Both the position numbers and the translations under genes were made by a program. The notes below the pieces were generated by a model. The model worked only from the letters and a program-made list of their open reading frames with translations. It was not told where the DNA came from and did not search any database. From Squalus acanthias (Eukaryota), in contig CM059438.1 of the NCBI GenBank assembly GCA_030390025.1, positions 45,570,001 through 45,634,000 of the forward strand: a DNA stretch of 64,000 nt. Reading direction: 5' to 3'. Positions 63,181-64,000 of this stretch are shown piece by piece (within the stretch, counting starts at the first letter, position 1; every line of letters starts with the position of its first letter).

Positions 63181-64000
63181 ACGTCCCAAATTATTCGGAT
63201 TGCTTTCTTGAGTACAGATACTTAAGTTCAATAATAACTATCAGACACGGTGAGTGGCAATCATGTCATCATCACGGTCATGCTTAGCACTACAAAATAA
63301 TTATCTTCAATGAAAGAGGATTCTTCCCACCTCTGGGCCCTCGCATGTGGAGAGGAACTTTGATTTTAAGTATTTCACACTGGTGGTACAACCAGCTAGA
63401 AACGGATCATGTAGGTACCTCTAGGGTAGCACTTAGCACAGCATGATGTACATTATTAGTTACTGGTGAAAATTATTGTTGCTTTAATGACACAAAGTGC
63501 AGTCATTAAGTGTATAGGAATCTTCAGCAATTCGCATTTTTCTGTCCCTGTTGAAATGAAAACGGAAACAGTAACAGTAAACTACAGCCTTACCCAAGGC
63601 AATCTCAGACTTAAATCACTTTTAATGAGTCTTTTTAAAAAAAACACACACACACAATAGGCATAGCATGCCTTGATTTTTGATGTGATTAGCTTTCTTC
63701 AGGTGAATAGTTATTATAAGGCAAGTAAAACTATGGATCACAATAACCCAATCACACAGTTCTCTCTTTTGCTAAGTGCTGCCCTTAAGGTACCTGCAGA
63801 CTGCTTCACACTGTGACAGCAGCATGAAAATACTTTAAATCAAAGAAGCTCCTCTCAGCATGCAAGGGTCTAGAGGTAGGAACAGGAGGAATTGTGTGTT
63901 ATGAATAGAAATATGGAGCTAATTGAATGGCTAGCCTGTTAGTGTGAGTCAAATAGCATTGGTTTCATACACAATAATAATCAACAGCTGGTGTGGAGAC

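Overview
This is eukaryotic, repeat-dense DNA, almost certainly from a cartilaginous fish (shark). It holds about 15 copies of a tRNA-derived DeuSINE (SacSINE1-like) plus CR1, L2, RTE and Penelope retroelements. I found no host protein-coding exon I can support, so the window looks intronic or intergenic. Main contents: (1) two PIF/Harbinger DNA transposons with convergent transposase and three-exon Myb/SANT genes (2101-5929, where a 15-bp minisatellite replaces the transposase core, and 36000-39595), plus about eight Harbinger-type MITEs, several with 3-bp TSDs; (2) a young, full-length CsRn1-clade Ty3/Gypsy element (44252-48612) with 247-bp LTRs, a tRNA-Trp PBS, a CCAC TSD and one TAG breaking gag-pol; (3) two Penelope families whose termini carry minimal type I hammerhead ribozymes (five motifs, four with intact cores); (4) a 12.7-kb nest of L2, Harbinger, CR1 and Gypsy; (5) a solo LTR, hAT-type MITEs and a non-repetitive CpG-rich patch near 24.4-25.1 kb. 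Family names come from recognised motifs, not database searches, and coordinates of decayed repeats are approximate.
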